A stretch of DNA of 64,000 bases from positions 46,468 to 110,467 of the forward strand of contig CAZSUV010000002.1 of assembly GCA_964610125.1 (NCBI GenBank), written 5' to 3'. Every line of letters starts with the position of its first letter. Position 1 is the stretch's first letter. Position numbers and translations under genes: made by a program. This stretch comes from an uncultured Candidatus Saccharibacteria bacterium (GTDB lineage: Bacteria; Patescibacteriota; Dojkabacteria; SC72). The notes below the pieces were generated by a model that saw only the letters and a program-made list of their open reading frames with translations, was not told the DNA's origin and ran no database searches. This document shows, in pieces, positions 37,970-48,798 of the stretch.

Positions 37970-38797
37970 TTGGTGCAAAACATTATAAACAGCATATTCG
38001 ATATTTTTTCTAAGTTTAGTCCGGCTATTCTATTCCTTTGTGTTGTTGCATTTGGGTTATATGTATTTTGGCGAGGATCTATGGAAACTAGGAAGGATAA
38101 ATCCTCAGTATTTGATCTTTTCATTGTATCCATATTCTTGGGACTCATAGGCGGAAGAATAGTATACATACTTTCAAACTGGTCAGAATTTTCTCAGCTT
38201 ACATGGTGGTGGCTTCCATACGAAAGATACGGCAATCTTGTATATTGGTTTAGACTTCTTCCATGGAAATTCTTTGATATATTTGATGGAGGTCTAAATA
38301 TTCTTATAATGTTTGTAGGCTTTCTATTTACCGCTAGCTTCTGGTCTACATTTGTAAAAAAATGGAGATGGAGTCATATGTTCCCAACAATATATTTCTC
38401 AGGCGAGGTAATGTTGAGCATGTCATTTCTTCTGATTGGTTTGAGTAGTAGTAATACAACTTGGGTATTTGAAGGACTAGCTCTTGCAGTATTCCCGTTC
38501 ATATCAGTATTGCTAATAGGGTATGTAAACAAAATACAAAAACCAAAGGCAGAAAGAAATATCTATGTTTTAGCAAATATTCTCTTGATTATTTGTTCTA
38601 GCTTAGTAATTGGGTATATATATACGACAGGGGAGATTAATCAGTTTGAAAAGATTACATTAATTGCACTTCTGCTTTGGACTCTCCTAGGATTGGTATT
38701 CTTCATTAAAGATACGAAACGAGCTAATGTAGTGATAGAGAGGGTATCTTCTGTGAGGGGAATTGATATTAATCAACCAATTAAAATACAAAGATAA
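37970..38797 (+). CDS. Lgt-like (prolipoprotein diacylglyceryl transferase-like) membrane protein
   Basis: GLIGGRIVYI and IFDGGL resemble the Lgt N-terminal motifs; C-terminal catalytic motifs not evident. Confidence 0.6.
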   Translation: MVQNIINSIFDIFSKFSPAILFLCVVAFGLYVFWRGSMETRKDKSSVFDLFIVSIFLGLIGGRIVYILSNWSEFSQLTWWWLPYERYGNLVYWFRLLPWKFFDIFDGGLNILIMFVGFLFTASFWSTFVKKWRWSHMFPTIYFSGEVMLSMSFLLIGLSSSNTTWVFEGLALAVFPFISVLLIGYVNKIQKPKAERNIYVLANILLIICSSLVIGYIYTTGEINQFEKITLIALLLWTLLGLVFFIKDTKRANVVIERVSSVRGIDINQPIKIQR

Positions 38798-38805
38798 TTG
38801 TTACT

Positions 38806-39777
38806 ATGCATACTGTCCATATCGACGAAACAAATCAAGGGAATAGGGCAGATGCTTTTGTGTCAAACAATTTTAAGGTCCACAGTAGAAGCTTTTTAAA
38901 ACATAACTGGGAAAGACTCATATCCATTAATGGACAAACGGGGAAACCTTCTTACAAACTTCGAAAAGGGGATATTCTTGAAATCCAGGATGAAGAAGTA
39001 GATAAACTCTTAGAGGAGCATTCATTTGGAGAAATTATTCCACAACATCACACATTAGATATTAAATATGAGGACAAGGATTTCTTAATTATCAACAAGC
39101 CTAAAAATCTTGTTGTTCACCCCGGGGTTGGGAATCCTAAAGATACCTTAGTTAACTATGTTGTTGAATATCTTCAATCAAAAGAAGAATATGATCCAAG
39201 GATGGAAAGAGGAGGAATAGTACATAGGTTGGATAAACCTGTTTCAGGCTTAATCCTCTTTGCAAAGAATGTTGAAGCACAGCTATATTTTCAAAAACAA
39301 TTTGAAGAGCATAAGGTAGAGAAAATATATTTAGCAAAGGTAGAGTATGGCAATGATATTAGTGGTGAATTAAAAGAAAAATTCCCAACTCAATCATTAG
39401 ATGTCTCTGAAGAGTTGGATAAATTGGTTCAAAACAATTTTGAAATAGATGGTACATGGTTAAAGGCTGAAGGGTATGTTGGAAGAAGCTCTATTAACAG
39501 AATGAAAATGACCTTCAAAACATATACATTTAATCATGGAAGATACGCTTTGTCATACATTAAACCAGTAAGTAAAGATGAACTATTAGTAATTATAAAA
39601 ACCGGAAGAATGCATCAAATACGGGCTACAATAGAATATCTTGGGGCAAATATTGTAGGAGATACACTTTTCGAAACTTTAAAAGGCGGAGCTGTTCCAG
39701 ATGAGATTGAATTAGAATCAATTCTTCTTTGCTGCAATGATATGCAAGGAAAAAGATTAATCAATAGATTGAAATGA
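38806..39777 (+). CDS. RluA/RluD family pseudouridine synthase
   Basis: S4-like N-terminus, INKP, VHRLDKPVSG, TGRMHQIR, IVGD. Confidence 0.93.
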   Translation: MHTVHIDETNQGNRADAFVSNNFKVHSRSFLKHNWERLISINGQTGKPSYKLRKGDILEIQDEEVDKLLEEHSFGEIIPQHHTLDIKYEDKDFLIINKPKNLVVHPGVGNPKDTLVNYVVEYLQSKEEYDPRMERGGIVHRLDKPVSGLILFAKNVEAQLYFQKQFEEHKVEKIYLAKVEYGNDISGELKEKFPTQSLDVSEELDKLVQNNFEIDGTWLKAEGYVGRSSINRMKMTFKTYTFNHGRYALSYIKPVSKDELLVIIKTGRMHQIRATIEYLGANIVGDTLFETLKGGAVPDEIELESILLCCNDMQGKRLINRLK

Positions 39778-40982
39778 AAAGACTGAGTTCACAGACTAAA
39801 ACTAAAAGTAAGAGTAAAACACATAAGAAAATAAATGTAAGCAAAATCATTGTATATACCTTGATAACAGGTCTGATCCTATTTTTGGGAATATATTTTG
39901 TAGTTCTGTTATCCGCTAAACTATCTGATTCAACCAAGATTAATGGCTCAAATCAATATCTACTCTCTCAGGCAAATGATGATACAAGTACCACGTTGAT
40001 TGTATTAGAGGGAAATAACGGACAAGAGAAAAGAATTAATGAGGCATACCTCTTTTTGACTAACAAAAACAAAGAAGAATCAATACTGATATATATACCG
40101 GGCTGGATGTACTATGGTGGTTTAGAAGAAGACTTTGGAAATAGTTTAGCTGTTTCAAGTTTTAGATATGCAGGAGATTTCCTCCAAGAAGGAAGAGGAG
40201 TCGAATATGCAATATGGCAAATAGGTCAAATGTTGGGTATAAAGGTCGATAACTATATTTGGTTCTCACCAGATGGTACGAAAAATTACTCAAATCTGTA
40301 TGGAGATATTAGTGGAGTAGAGGATAGAGTAAAAGAATATTACAAAGTAGTCGAAGGTGACTCTCTTAATGATACCTTCTTCAAGCTTTCGATGATGTCT
40401 TCAAGGTATTCTGCCATAAAAAATATATTTGGGATGTCAAAACTGGTAGGGTTTAGTAGCTCTGTATACAGCAATTTAAGCTTTACTGGTTTTCTTAACT
40501 TCTTTAACACATTAAACAGGACAGCAGCAAGCACAGAAACGTTTGGAATAGATCTATCATTCTATAGATACTCCACCGAAGACCTCTCAACTAGCGGTGG
40601 ACAGATTCGATATATTAATACGGATGAATTCGATAGTGTATATAGAGGTTTGATAGCGAAAATCATAGATAGATCTTTGGAAAAGGAAAGGGTTAGAGTA
40701 GAGATATACAATGGAAGTGGAGTTCCGGGGGCAGCTAAACAGTTCGGAAGAAAAATTGAAAATTCTGGATGTGATGTCGTAAGATATGAAAATGCACCAA
40801 AAACAATTGATAGAACTGTTTTGTATATTTCAAATGAAGAGAATTTCGCGAGCTCATTGAAAGTGGTCTCTGAAATTCTTTCTGGAAGCTATGACCTTGT
40901 AGTTGGGCGTCCCGAATTTATGACAACAGGTGATATTGTTGTAGTATTGGGACAAGATATTAAGCAGATGTACAGTTTCTAA
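39774..40982 (+). CDS. LCP-like protein with LytR C-terminal domain
   Basis: N-terminal TM; VEIYNGSGVPGAA and DIVVVLGQD (LytR_C). Confidence 0.8.
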   Translation: MKRLSSQTKTKSKSKTHKKINVSKIIVYTLITGLILFLGIYFVVLLSAKLSDSTKINGSNQYLLSQANDDTSTTLIVLEGNNGQEKRINEAYLFLTNKNKEESILIYIPGWMYYGGLEEDFGNSLAVSSFRYAGDFLQEGRGVEYAIWQIGQMLGIKVDNYIWFSPDGTKNYSNLYGDISGVEDRVKEYYKVVEGDSLNDTFFKLSMMSSRYSAIKNIFGMSKLVGFSSSVYSNLSFTGFLNFFNTLNRTAASTETFGIDLSFYRYSTEDLSTSGGQIRYINTDEFDSVYRGLIAKIIDRSLEKERVRVEIYNGSGVPGAAKQFGRKIENSGCDVVRYENAPKTIDRTVLYISNEENFASSLKVVSEILSGSYDLVVGRPEFMTTGDIVVVLGQDIKQMYSF

Positions 40983-41023
40983 AGATATTTGCTTAAATAC
41001 GCTTTTTCCTCTAAAATTTCCAT

Positions 41024-43612
41024 ATGATTGCAGCCATGTTAATACTTCTAGTCTTCGCTGGGGCCTTTGTAGCCTTCATATTGATTTGGGGAAGTAAAAC
41101 AAACAAAGTCGAACAGTCAGTTTTTGAAGATATCAGAAGTCCTTTGGTACTCCAGGTTTTAGTCCCTAGAGAGAATGACAAATCCGCGTTAGCAGCCGAA
41201 CAGATGTTTGCATCAGTTCACGGAATATTGGGAGATTTGATTAGAGGAGAGGACATTATCAGTTTTGAAATTATATCCAGTGATGAAGATGGTATCCGTT
41301 TCTACATTGTTACCCCAAAACATCTTGCAAAGTTTGTAGAAGGACAGATGTATGCTCAGTATCCAAATGCGGATATTAGCTATGTCGAAGACTATGCCAC
41401 ACGAGCCAATGGCAATGATGATACCTTTGTGACTTGTGGAGAGATTGAAATGGAAAAAGATTCTATATTTCCAATCAAAACATTTAGAAACTTTGAAGTA
41501 GACCCCCTTGCAGCAATTACTGGGGCAATGTCCGATCTTTCAAAAGGGGAAAAGGCATGGCTACAGATAGTCATAAGACCAGTTTCAAATTTCTGGCAAA
41601 AGGATTCGAAGAAATATATAACAGCCATAAAAGAAGGAAAGGATCTCAATGGAGAATCAATCTTTAGTAAAATTGTTGGGGGATTAATAAAATTGGGGAA
41701 TACTCTTTCAACTAGTGAATCCAGTCCTGCTAAGAAAGAAGTAGTGAAGCTAGAGCCAGGTCAGGAAGAAGAGTTAAAAGAGATTGAAACTAAGATGCTT
41801 AAGCTTGGTTTTGAAGTCAAAATCCGTGTGGTTACAAAGGCTGAGACTCAAGAAAGGTCCGAACAGATACTCCGCGATGTTACCGCAAGTTTCAAACAGT
41901 TTACCACTGCACACTTGAACAACTTCATACACTCCAAACCAACTAAAACAGGTAAAGAAATATATGATGAGTATGTCATTAGGCATATGGATGCGGATGA
42001 GCCAGATATATTAAATATTGAAGAGTTAGCATCTTTGTATCACTTACCAAATATATCAGTCGAGACACCAAATATCGCTTGGAGTAGATCAAGAAAGCTT
42101 GAGCCACCTATGAATATGCCTACAGCAAAAGATGGGGATGTCACAATCTTTGGAGAAACAGATTACAGAGGAGCCACAGTACAATTTGGATTAAAGAAAA
42201 CCGATCGTGCACGTCATTTCTATCTTTTAGGTAAAACCGGTGTAGGTAAATCTACAGTCTTTAAAAATATGTTCATATCCGACATATTGGCTGGAGATGG
42301 GGCATGCTTTGTAGACCCTCACGGAGACACTGTAGAGGATCTCTTAGACCATATTCCACCTAATCGTATAGATGATGTCATTTACTTTAATCCTACTGAT
42401 GTAGACCATCCTGTGGGCTTTAACTTGTTAGAACTTAAGGACAAATCACAGAGAGATTTAATCGCTGATGGAGTAGTGGAAGTATTTAAGAAGCAGTTTG
42501 GAGATTCATGGGGTCCAAGACTTCAATATATTCTTACCAATACTGTAGCAACAGCATTAGAAGCACAGGGGACTACCTTACTCGCAGTATTAAGAATGTT
42601 AACGGACAACAGCTACAGAAAATTCATCTTAAAGCAGGTAAATGATCCAATTCTTTACAAATTCTGGATAGAAGAATTTGCACAGATGTCTCAAAATCCA
42701 AGACTACTCGCAGAGGCTGTGGCTCCAATACAGAATAAGGTTGGAAGATTTGTATCTTCTGCCGTTACTAGAAATATCATTGGACAAGTCAAATCAACAA
42801 TTGATTTAAGAGAGATTATGGATAACCGAAAGATTCTTCTGGTAAATCTTGCCCAGGGTCGATTAGGAGAGGAAACAGCATCACTTCTAGGTGGTATGAT
42901 CATAACTCGATTACAAGCTACTGCTATGGAAAGAGTTGATATGCCTGAATCAGAGCGAAAAGATTTCTTCTTGTATGTTGATGAGTTCCAGAATTTCGCT
43001 ACAGAATCCTTTGCAAAGATTCTTTCTGAAGCTAGAAAATATCACTTAAGTTTGACAATGACTAATCAGTATATTGATCAATTACCTTTAACAGTAAGAC
43101 AGGCTATCTTTGGTAATGTAGGAACTTTGGGATCATTTGTTGTAAGTCAATCAGATGCATCAATATTGGAGAAAGAATTTGCTCCAGTAGTATCTTCTGA
43201 TGACCTTGTATCTTTGGATTCCCATGCTATGTATGTGAAGCTTTGTATTGATGGAATGACCTCTATACCTTTCAGTGCTAAATCTTTACCGGTTAGGTAT
43301 CAAAAATTTGATTGTAAACAAGAGATAATTGAGAAGTCCAGAGAGAAGTATGGTATGGATAGAGAAGTGATTGAAGACAAGATCCAGAAATGGAGTAATC
43401 AAACATACAGTGAGAAGGGGAATAGGTCAGTACCTGTAAATGATGAGCAAAGATCAACTGAAAGACCAGTTGAGAGAAAGGAATATACTAAACCTATTGA
43501 AAAAAAAGAAGAACCAAAAGCTGAACCTAAGAAGGAAGAAGTAAAGAAAGAGGAACCAAAGGTTGAACCTAAGAAAGAGGAAGAGAAAAAGAAGTACACT
43601 ATAAAGATTTAG
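41024..43612 (+). CDS. Type IV secretion-related ATPase (VirD4/TraD/VirB4-like, CPR type)
   Basis: HFYLLGKTGVGKS (Walker A), DPHGD, LYVDEFQNF (Walker B), EARKY, NQY; N-terminal TM. Confidence 0.88.
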   Translation: MIAAMLILLVFAGAFVAFILIWGSKTNKVEQSVFEDIRSPLVLQVLVPRENDKSALAAEQMFASVHGILGDLIRGEDIISFEIISSDEDGIRFYIVTPKHLAKFVEGQMYAQYPNADISYVEDYATRANGNDDTFVTCGEIEMEKDSIFPIKTFRNFEVDPLAAITGAMSDLSKGEKAWLQIVIRPVSNFWQKDSKKYITAIKEGKDLNGESIFSKIVGGLIKLGNTLSTSESSPAKKEVVKLEPGQEEELKEIETKMLKLGFEVKIRVVTKAETQERSEQILRDVTASFKQFTTAHLNNFIHSKPTKTGKEIYDEYVIRHMDADEPDILNIEELASLYHLPNISVETPNIAWSRSRKLEPPMNMPTAKDGDVTIFGETDYRGATVQFGLKKTDRARHFYLLGKTGVGKSTVFKNMFISDILAGDGACFVDPHGDTVEDLLDHIPPNRIDDVIYFNPTDVDHPVGFNLLELKDKSQRDLIADGVVEVFKKQFGDSWGPRLQYILTNTVATALEAQGTTLLAVLRMLTDNSYRKFILKQVNDPILYKFWIEEFAQMSQNPRLLAEAVAPIQNKVGRFVSSAVTRNIIGQVKSTIDLREIMDNRKILLVNLAQGRLGEETASLLGGMIITRLQATAMERVDMPESERKDFFLYVDEFQNFATESFAKILSEARKYHLSLTMTNQYIDQLPLTVRQAIFGNVGTLGSFVVSQSDASILEKEFAPVVSSDDLVSLDSHAMYVKLCIDGMTSIPFSAKSLPVRYQKFDCKQEIIEKSREKYGMDREVIEDKIQKWSNQTYSEKGNRSVPVNDEQRSTERPVERKEYTKPIEKKEEPKAEPKKEEVKKEEPKVEPKKEEEKKKYTIKI

Positions 43613-43671
43613 GAAAAGGTTTGTGATAGAATTACTATATCAAGATATAAATTCATATAGATTGTATATAT

Positions 43672-44457
43672 ATGTCAGGACACTCCAAATGGGATACGAT
43701 TAAACATAAGAAAGCATTGAATGATGCTAAAAAAGGTCAGGCATTTTCAAAATTGTCTGTACAAATTACTCATGCAGCTAGGCAGGGTGGGGGAGATCCA
43801 AATATGAATCCTAATTTGAGGTTGTATATTGATAAAGCTAGGGATGCTAGTTTCCCTATGGATAGAATTGAAAAAGCAATTGAAAAGGGAGTTGGTGGTG
43901 GGGACAGTGGCATTATATTTGAAGAAGCATCATATGAGGGTTTTGGGCCTGGTGGTATCCAATTAATCGTTGATACTATTAGTGATAACAAGAATAGAAC
44001 TGTTTCAGAATTAAGACAGATATTTGATCAGATAGGAGGAAATATTGGTGCTGAAGGCTCGGTATCATGGAATTTTGAAACTAAGGGATATATTGTGGTT
44101 AAGTCTGGTCATATGCAAAAATCTGAGAAATTTGGTGGTGAAGATACTTTTGTAGCTGATGATTCTGAAGGTGTAATGATGATGCTTATGGATATCCCTG
44201 GGATATTGGATATACAAGAGATAGATATGGATAATGGAGTAAAGGGATTTGAGATATATACAGAATATAATCAATTGGCTCAGGTTAGGGATAGTATTAG
44301 TAAATTAAGTTTTGTATTAAAAGAGGCTGAGATTGTTAAAGAACCTAAGATATACAAGAAATTAGAGGGAGAAGAGTTAGAGAAAGCGCAGAATGCTATA
44401 GAAAGATTAGAAGAGTATGATGATGTTCAGAATGTATGGACAGACTTGGATTACTAA
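43672..44457 (+). CDS. yebC: YebC/PmpR family protein
   Basis: MSGHSKW, YEGFGPGG, DNKNRT, DDVQNVW. Confidence 0.96.
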   Translation: MSGHSKWDTIKHKKALNDAKKGQAFSKLSVQITHAARQGGGDPNMNPNLRLYIDKARDASFPMDRIEKAIEKGVGGGDSGIIFEEASYEGFGPGGIQLIVDTISDNKNRTVSELRQIFDQIGGNIGAEGSVSWNFETKGYIVVKSGHMQKSEKFGGEDTFVADDSEGVMMMLMDIPGILDIQEIDMDNGVKGFEIYTEYNQLAQVRDSISKLSFVLKEAEIVKEPKIYKKLEGEELEKAQNAIERLEEYDDVQNVWTDLDY

Positions 44458-44518
44458 GATATAGTTTATTATAGAATAGTACTGCCCAGTACTAATTTTT
44501 AAAGCAAGAAGCGCCATA

Positions 44519-45097
44519 ATGAGTGAACCAATAGAAAGAACTCATGTAAACACAGAAGGGTTTTTAAATTCCGAGTATGAAAGAACGATAGCTAGCGAAT
44601 TAGAAGTAAAATTTCTATCTTGGCTTAAGAGTCCTAAGCAATTAAATCGCGAAGGAATTAACTACAGCATATGTAATAAGGTGGAGGAGGAGAAAACAGA
44701 TATGGATCTTTCAGGTGTTGTGGGCGACATCCTAGCAGTAGAACAATTCTCTCCAGATGATAATGAAATGACACTGTTTTTTGAATATATCCCAGATACG
44801 CACGATCATCCTGTAACTATTTACGGGAAAGCACTTAAGGGTATTCCTACAATTAAAGTTCTAAAAGAGTTTTATAAACCTAATTACACACACACGAGGA
44901 CTCGACCAAATGTACTATTACATGAAAATGGGTTTTACATTAATTGTATTACAATAGAAGTCCCAGAGGAATTATTTGATACTATGGACGCTAATGTTGC
45001 AGATTTAAAAGAAATAGCGTTATCAAATTTGAAGGACATGATTAATCCACCTCCAATTACGCCTAATGGAAAAAGATTGGCAAAAAAAATACGATAA
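44519..45097 (+). CDS. Hypothetical protein (ORFan)
   Basis: 192-aa ORF; no family recognised. Confidence 0.7.
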   Translation: MSEPIERTHVNTEGFLNSEYERTIASELEVKFLSWLKSPKQLNREGINYSICNKVEEEKTDMDLSGVVGDILAVEQFSPDDNEMTLFFEYIPDTHDHPVTIYGKALKGIPTIKVLKEFYKPNYTHTRTRPNVLLHENGFYINCITIEVPEELFDTMDANVADLKEIALSNLKDMINPPPITPNGKRLAKKIR

Positions 45098-45133
45098 TTT
45101 TACTGCTCCAATTAAGTTTATATTTTAATAATT

Positions 45134-45586
45134 ATGTCAATATTTACTGATGAAAAAGAGCAAAGACCAGAAAATAGAATAAGACGAGAAAAAATGATGA
45201 AGCTTTTTCAAGCAGCAATGCTGAACCCCGCAGAGAATCTTCGAGTTTCGGAATTAGTAGGATTGATCAAGATTGAAAATAATGGATATATTTTGGGGTT
45301 CTTAATAGCTAATCCATATACGGAAGTTGATTATGCAAGAACATTAGTTGAGGGGGATTATGCTGATCAAAGTGCTAGAGATAGACTTTTTTATACAGAA
45401 TTGCTTTGTCAGGAAGGAAAAGAAGGATTAAATCCAGATTGCCCAATCCCTGTATTGGTTCTTAATAAAGAGACAGTAGTAGAATGTATCGTCTTTGATT
45501 ATATGCCACTTTCTTCCAAGGAGAGGGATAAAGCAATAAATGGATCTAAGGAAGCTACCTCTGTACTAAAGAATATGATAGTTTAG
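45134..45586 (+). CDS. Hypothetical protein (ORFan)
   Basis: 150-aa ORF; no family recognised. Confidence 0.7.
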   Translation: MSIFTDEKEQRPENRIRREKMMKLFQAAMLNPAENLRVSELVGLIKIENNGYILGFLIANPYTEVDYARTLVEGDYADQSARDRLFYTELLCQEGKEGLNPDCPIPVLVLNKETVVECIVFDYMPLSSKERDKAINGSKEATSVLKNMIV

Positions 45587-45601
45587 TGCTATCATATACC
45601 C

Positions 45602-46087
45602 ATGAGAATATTAGGAATAGATCCAGGAGTAGCAACAACTGGATGGGCCATAATTGATTTTGGAGAAGATAATAAACCACATCCTGTGGACTTTGGAGCT
45701 ATCCTAACTGCAAAAACATTAACAATATCCCAAAGATTAGAAGAAATATACAAAGATTTGAACGAATTAATTCTCAAATTTAAACCCGAATATGCTGGAG
45801 TAGAAACTTTACTCTTCTGTAATAACGCTAAGACAGCAATAACAGTGGGAGAGGCTAGGGGAGTAGTATTACTAACACTACAACAACACAACATACCATT
45901 AGAAGAATTTACACCATTACAAGTAAAAGATGCCATAACAGGATATGGAAAAGCCGATAAAAGACAAGTACAGGAGAATGTAAAAACCATATGCGAATTA
46001 GACGAAATACCCAAGCCCGATGATGCTGCAGATGCCTTAGCCATAGCCATAGCTACCGAAATATTGGTCTCGAGGAAACAATACTAA
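45602..46087 (+). CDS. ruvC: Holliday junction resolvase
   Basis: ILGIDPG, EARGV, GYGKADK, DDAADALAIA. Confidence 0.97.
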   Translation: MRILGIDPGVATTGWAIIDFGEDNKPHPVDFGAILTAKTLTISQRLEEIYKDLNELILKFKPEYAGVETLLFCNNAKTAITVGEARGVVLLTLQQHNIPLEEFTPLQVKDAITGYGKADKRQVQENVKTICELDEIPKPDDAADALAIAIATEILVSRKQY

Positions 46088-46106
46088 TACTGTATAATGG
46101 ACATAT

Positions 46107-46688
46107 ATGATTTCATACATTAGTGGAAAACTACTCAAAGTATTCATAGGGAAAGACTCATTTGTAGATATATTAACCGCTTCAGGAGTAGGATATCGTG
46201 TATTTCTGACTAAGAAGATTAACATTGTAAACGATGGCTCTCCAGTAGCTCTATATACATCCTTCCATGTAAGAGAAGATGCACAAACACTCTTTGGATT
46301 CTTAACCGAATCAGAACGAGATTTCTTTGAAAAGTTATTAACAGTATCAGGCGTTGGACCAAAAGTGGCCTTAGCCATACTCTCTACATATTCACAATTA
46401 GAGGTAGAGAATATGATTGTAGATGGGGATGATGCAGGATTAAGTAAAACACCAGGTTTAGGCAGTAAAGGAGCTCAAAAGATTATATTGGAGCTAAGAG
46501 GAAAGATTGATTTCAAAAAAGAAACACCAAAGGAAAGTGATGATATGAAAGATCTGAAGAATGCATTGAAAGCATTAGGCTTCAATGGAGAAGCATTGAA
46601 CTCTCAACTTGAAAAAGGTGAAGAGATTATGAAGAAGGACAAGGATATTGAAATAGAGACATTAATTAAAAAAGTACTATCTGAGTAA
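46107..46688 (+). CDS. ruvA: Holliday junction branch migration protein RuvA
   Basis: GVGY, VRED..TLFGF, VSGVGPK, PGLGSKGAQKIILEL. Confidence 0.96.
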   Translation: MISYISGKLLKVFIGKDSFVDILTASGVGYRVFLTKKINIVNDGSPVALYTSFHVREDAQTLFGFLTESERDFFEKLLTVSGVGPKVALAILSTYSQLEVENMIVDGDDAGLSKTPGLGSKGAQKIILELRGKIDFKKETPKESDDMKDLKNALKALGFNGEALNSQLEKGEEIMKKDKDIEIETLIKKVLSE

Positions 46689-47719
46689 TGATACAATCAA
46701 GTTCAGAATTAAAAAAGAAACCCATTACAAAAAAAATCACACCTAAAAAAGAGGTCTTAGATATTCTTGAGCAAGAACAAAAGATTAGACCATCTAAATT
46801 AGATGAGATGATTGGTAGAGAGCAAGAGAAAAGAACACTTAAAATGATGATTGACTCTGCGAAGAAGAGAAAAGAAGTTGTAGATCACATCTTGTTCTAT
46901 GGTCCTCCAGGATTAGGTAAAACAACGTTTGCAATGGCTATAGCTAATGAGATAGGGGGAAGTATTCGGATAACCTCTGGACCTGCAATTGAAAGACAAG
47001 GAGATCTTGCAGCTATACTTACTGGATTGAAACGAAACGATATTCTTTTCATTGATGAAATCCATAGGCTATCCAGAGTAGTTGAGGAAATTCTTTACCC
47101 AGCTATGGAAGATGGTGTATTAGATATCGTAATGGGAAAAGGTCCATCAGCTAAGACTATTAGATTGAGCTTGGAACCATTTACATTAATTGGGGCTACA
47201 ACGCAGATAGGGAAGATTAGCTCACCAATGAGGGATAGGTTCGGATTAGTTCAGAGATTAGATTTCTTTACCAGTGAAGATATGGGATCAATATTAAAAC
47301 GTGCCGCTAACCTTTGGAAGATTGGAATAGAGGACGAAGCATTGGAAAAGCTATCTAACTGTTCTCGTGGCACAGCTAGAATTGGATTAAGACTCTTAAA
47401 GCGAACGAGAGATTACATGGAGAATAGTTCAAATACAACTATAAATATGGATGCAGTTAATCAAACATTAAAGCTTTTAGATATTGATGAATATGGATTA
47501 GAGAATATAGATAGATTAATACTTCATACCATATTAAACAACTTTAATGGTGGACCTGTAGGTGCTTCTACGCTTGCAGCATCTCTTTCAGAAGATGTCT
47601 CCACTGTAGCAGATGTATATGAACCATACCTTATGAAATGTGGATATTTAAAGCGTACATCCAGAGGTAGAGTAATCACTCAAAAAGGATTAAAATATTT
47701 GGAAGATTTAAATGGATAG
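46688..47719 (+). CDS. ruvB: Holliday junction branch migration helicase RuvB
   Basis: GPPGLGKTT, FIDEIHR, LYPAMED, GATT, RDRFG, EPYL. Confidence 0.98.
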   Translation: MIQSSSELKKKPITKKITPKKEVLDILEQEQKIRPSKLDEMIGREQEKRTLKMMIDSAKKRKEVVDHILFYGPPGLGKTTFAMAIANEIGGSIRITSGPAIERQGDLAAILTGLKRNDILFIDEIHRLSRVVEEILYPAMEDGVLDIVMGKGPSAKTIRLSLEPFTLIGATTQIGKISSPMRDRFGLVQRLDFFTSEDMGSILKRAANLWKIGIEDEALEKLSNCSRGTARIGLRLLKRTRDYMENSSNTTINMDAVNQTLKLLDIDEYGLENIDRLILHTILNNFNGGPVGASTLAASLSEDVSTVADVYEPYLMKCGYLKRTSRGRVITQKGLKYLEDLNG

Positions 47720-48536
47720 AACAGATGCAAACACAGATAGCGAGAAGAGGGGAAAGTTCCTGTTTTTAGCAGGGGTTATAACTTTAGCCATATTCCTAAC
47801 CAAGGTATTGCAAGGCCAAGATGATATGCCCAATTGGAGAATATATTTAGATGGGGCCATATATTTCATTGTGGCTTTCGTTGGGTTACTTTGGGCATTC
47901 AATTTTCAGATAAAGGTAAAATCTCTACTGTATATTCTTCAATCCAGCCTGTTTGTACTCTCAGAAGTTATTTTTGTGGAGATTTTCTTTTTCCAAAAGT
48001 TCGGACGTTTGTATGAATCTCTTATCCTTATAATGCTACTAGTATTAATATTCATAGGTATATATGTATCCTTCCTAATGGCAAATGTATTCAATGTAGA
48101 TTTGTTCAAAAAACTCCCATTGGTACAAGTTGGTAGAACCTCTTCATACCTCATCTCGCTCTTGATGATATATTTTTTAACATTTAGTATATTGTCCTCA
48201 AGTCTGCCTTTGTATTTTGTTCTTCCAATCATATTAATTGTATATATGCTCATTGCTCTAATTCATTATGTAAATATGGGAATGGAGGAGGGGGAGTTGT
48301 GGAGAAAGACTCTTTTAACAACTGCAATATCTATGATTCTATTCTTAGGGGTGTTCTTAACTGGTAGTACACACGAGCTTACGGCTATTGTTCCTGCATT
48401 GGGATACTACTTCGCTGTAAGTATGGTAACCCAGGAACAGATATTTAGAAAGAATTCTATTAGTTTTATATTCTCAATGATTCTTTTATCTGTAGCATTT
48501 TTTGCAGTAATAATTTTGAATATGATTTCAAGTTAA
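47712..48536 (+). CDS. Polytopic membrane protein
   Basis: About 9 hydrophobic segments; ANVFNV...LPLVQVG. Confidence 0.75.
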   Translation: MDRTDANTDSEKRGKFLFLAGVITLAIFLTKVLQGQDDMPNWRIYLDGAIYFIVAFVGLLWAFNFQIKVKSLLYILQSSLFVLSEVIFVEIFFFQKFGRLYESLILIMLLVLIFIGIYVSFLMANVFNVDLFKKLPLVQVGRTSSYLISLLMIYFLTFSILSSSLPLYFVLPIILIVYMLIALIHYVNMGMEEGELWRKTLLTTAISMILFLGVFLTGSTHELTAIVPALGYYFAVSMVTQEQIFRKNSISFIFSMILLSVAFFAVIILNMISS

Positions 48537-48770
48537 TTTGGGGTATACATATGGGAGTAGGGGGTAGGGCCTGTAGTTACACGAGACCCATAGTTTCACT
48601 AATCCTATAGTAATCACTGTGGATAACCTTCTGCTAATCATTTCCCACGAATAAAAAGAATTATCAGTAGAGTATGGGTTTGAAGAATTCATCAATTATC
48701 AATGAATGTATACATATGAGAGAGAGGGTTCTACTCTGATGAAATATATGTTACAATTCTAGAATTAATG

Positions 48771-48798
48771 ACCGAGTATAATCGTCCTTATACGCTGT
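48771..48798. other. dif-like Xer recombination site
   Basis: ACCGAGTATAA-TCGTCC-TTATACGCTGT: 11-6-11 layout, arms 9/11 inverted-complementary, ATAA/TTAT core; about 200 bp upstream of the recombinase. Confidence 0.75.

Noticed and set aside
48618-48626. Perfect DnaA box (TGTGGATAA) suggesting oriC
   Set aside because: Single copy, the same 9-mer occurs inside coding sequence (about 16186 and 16681), and genes converge here rather than diverge.
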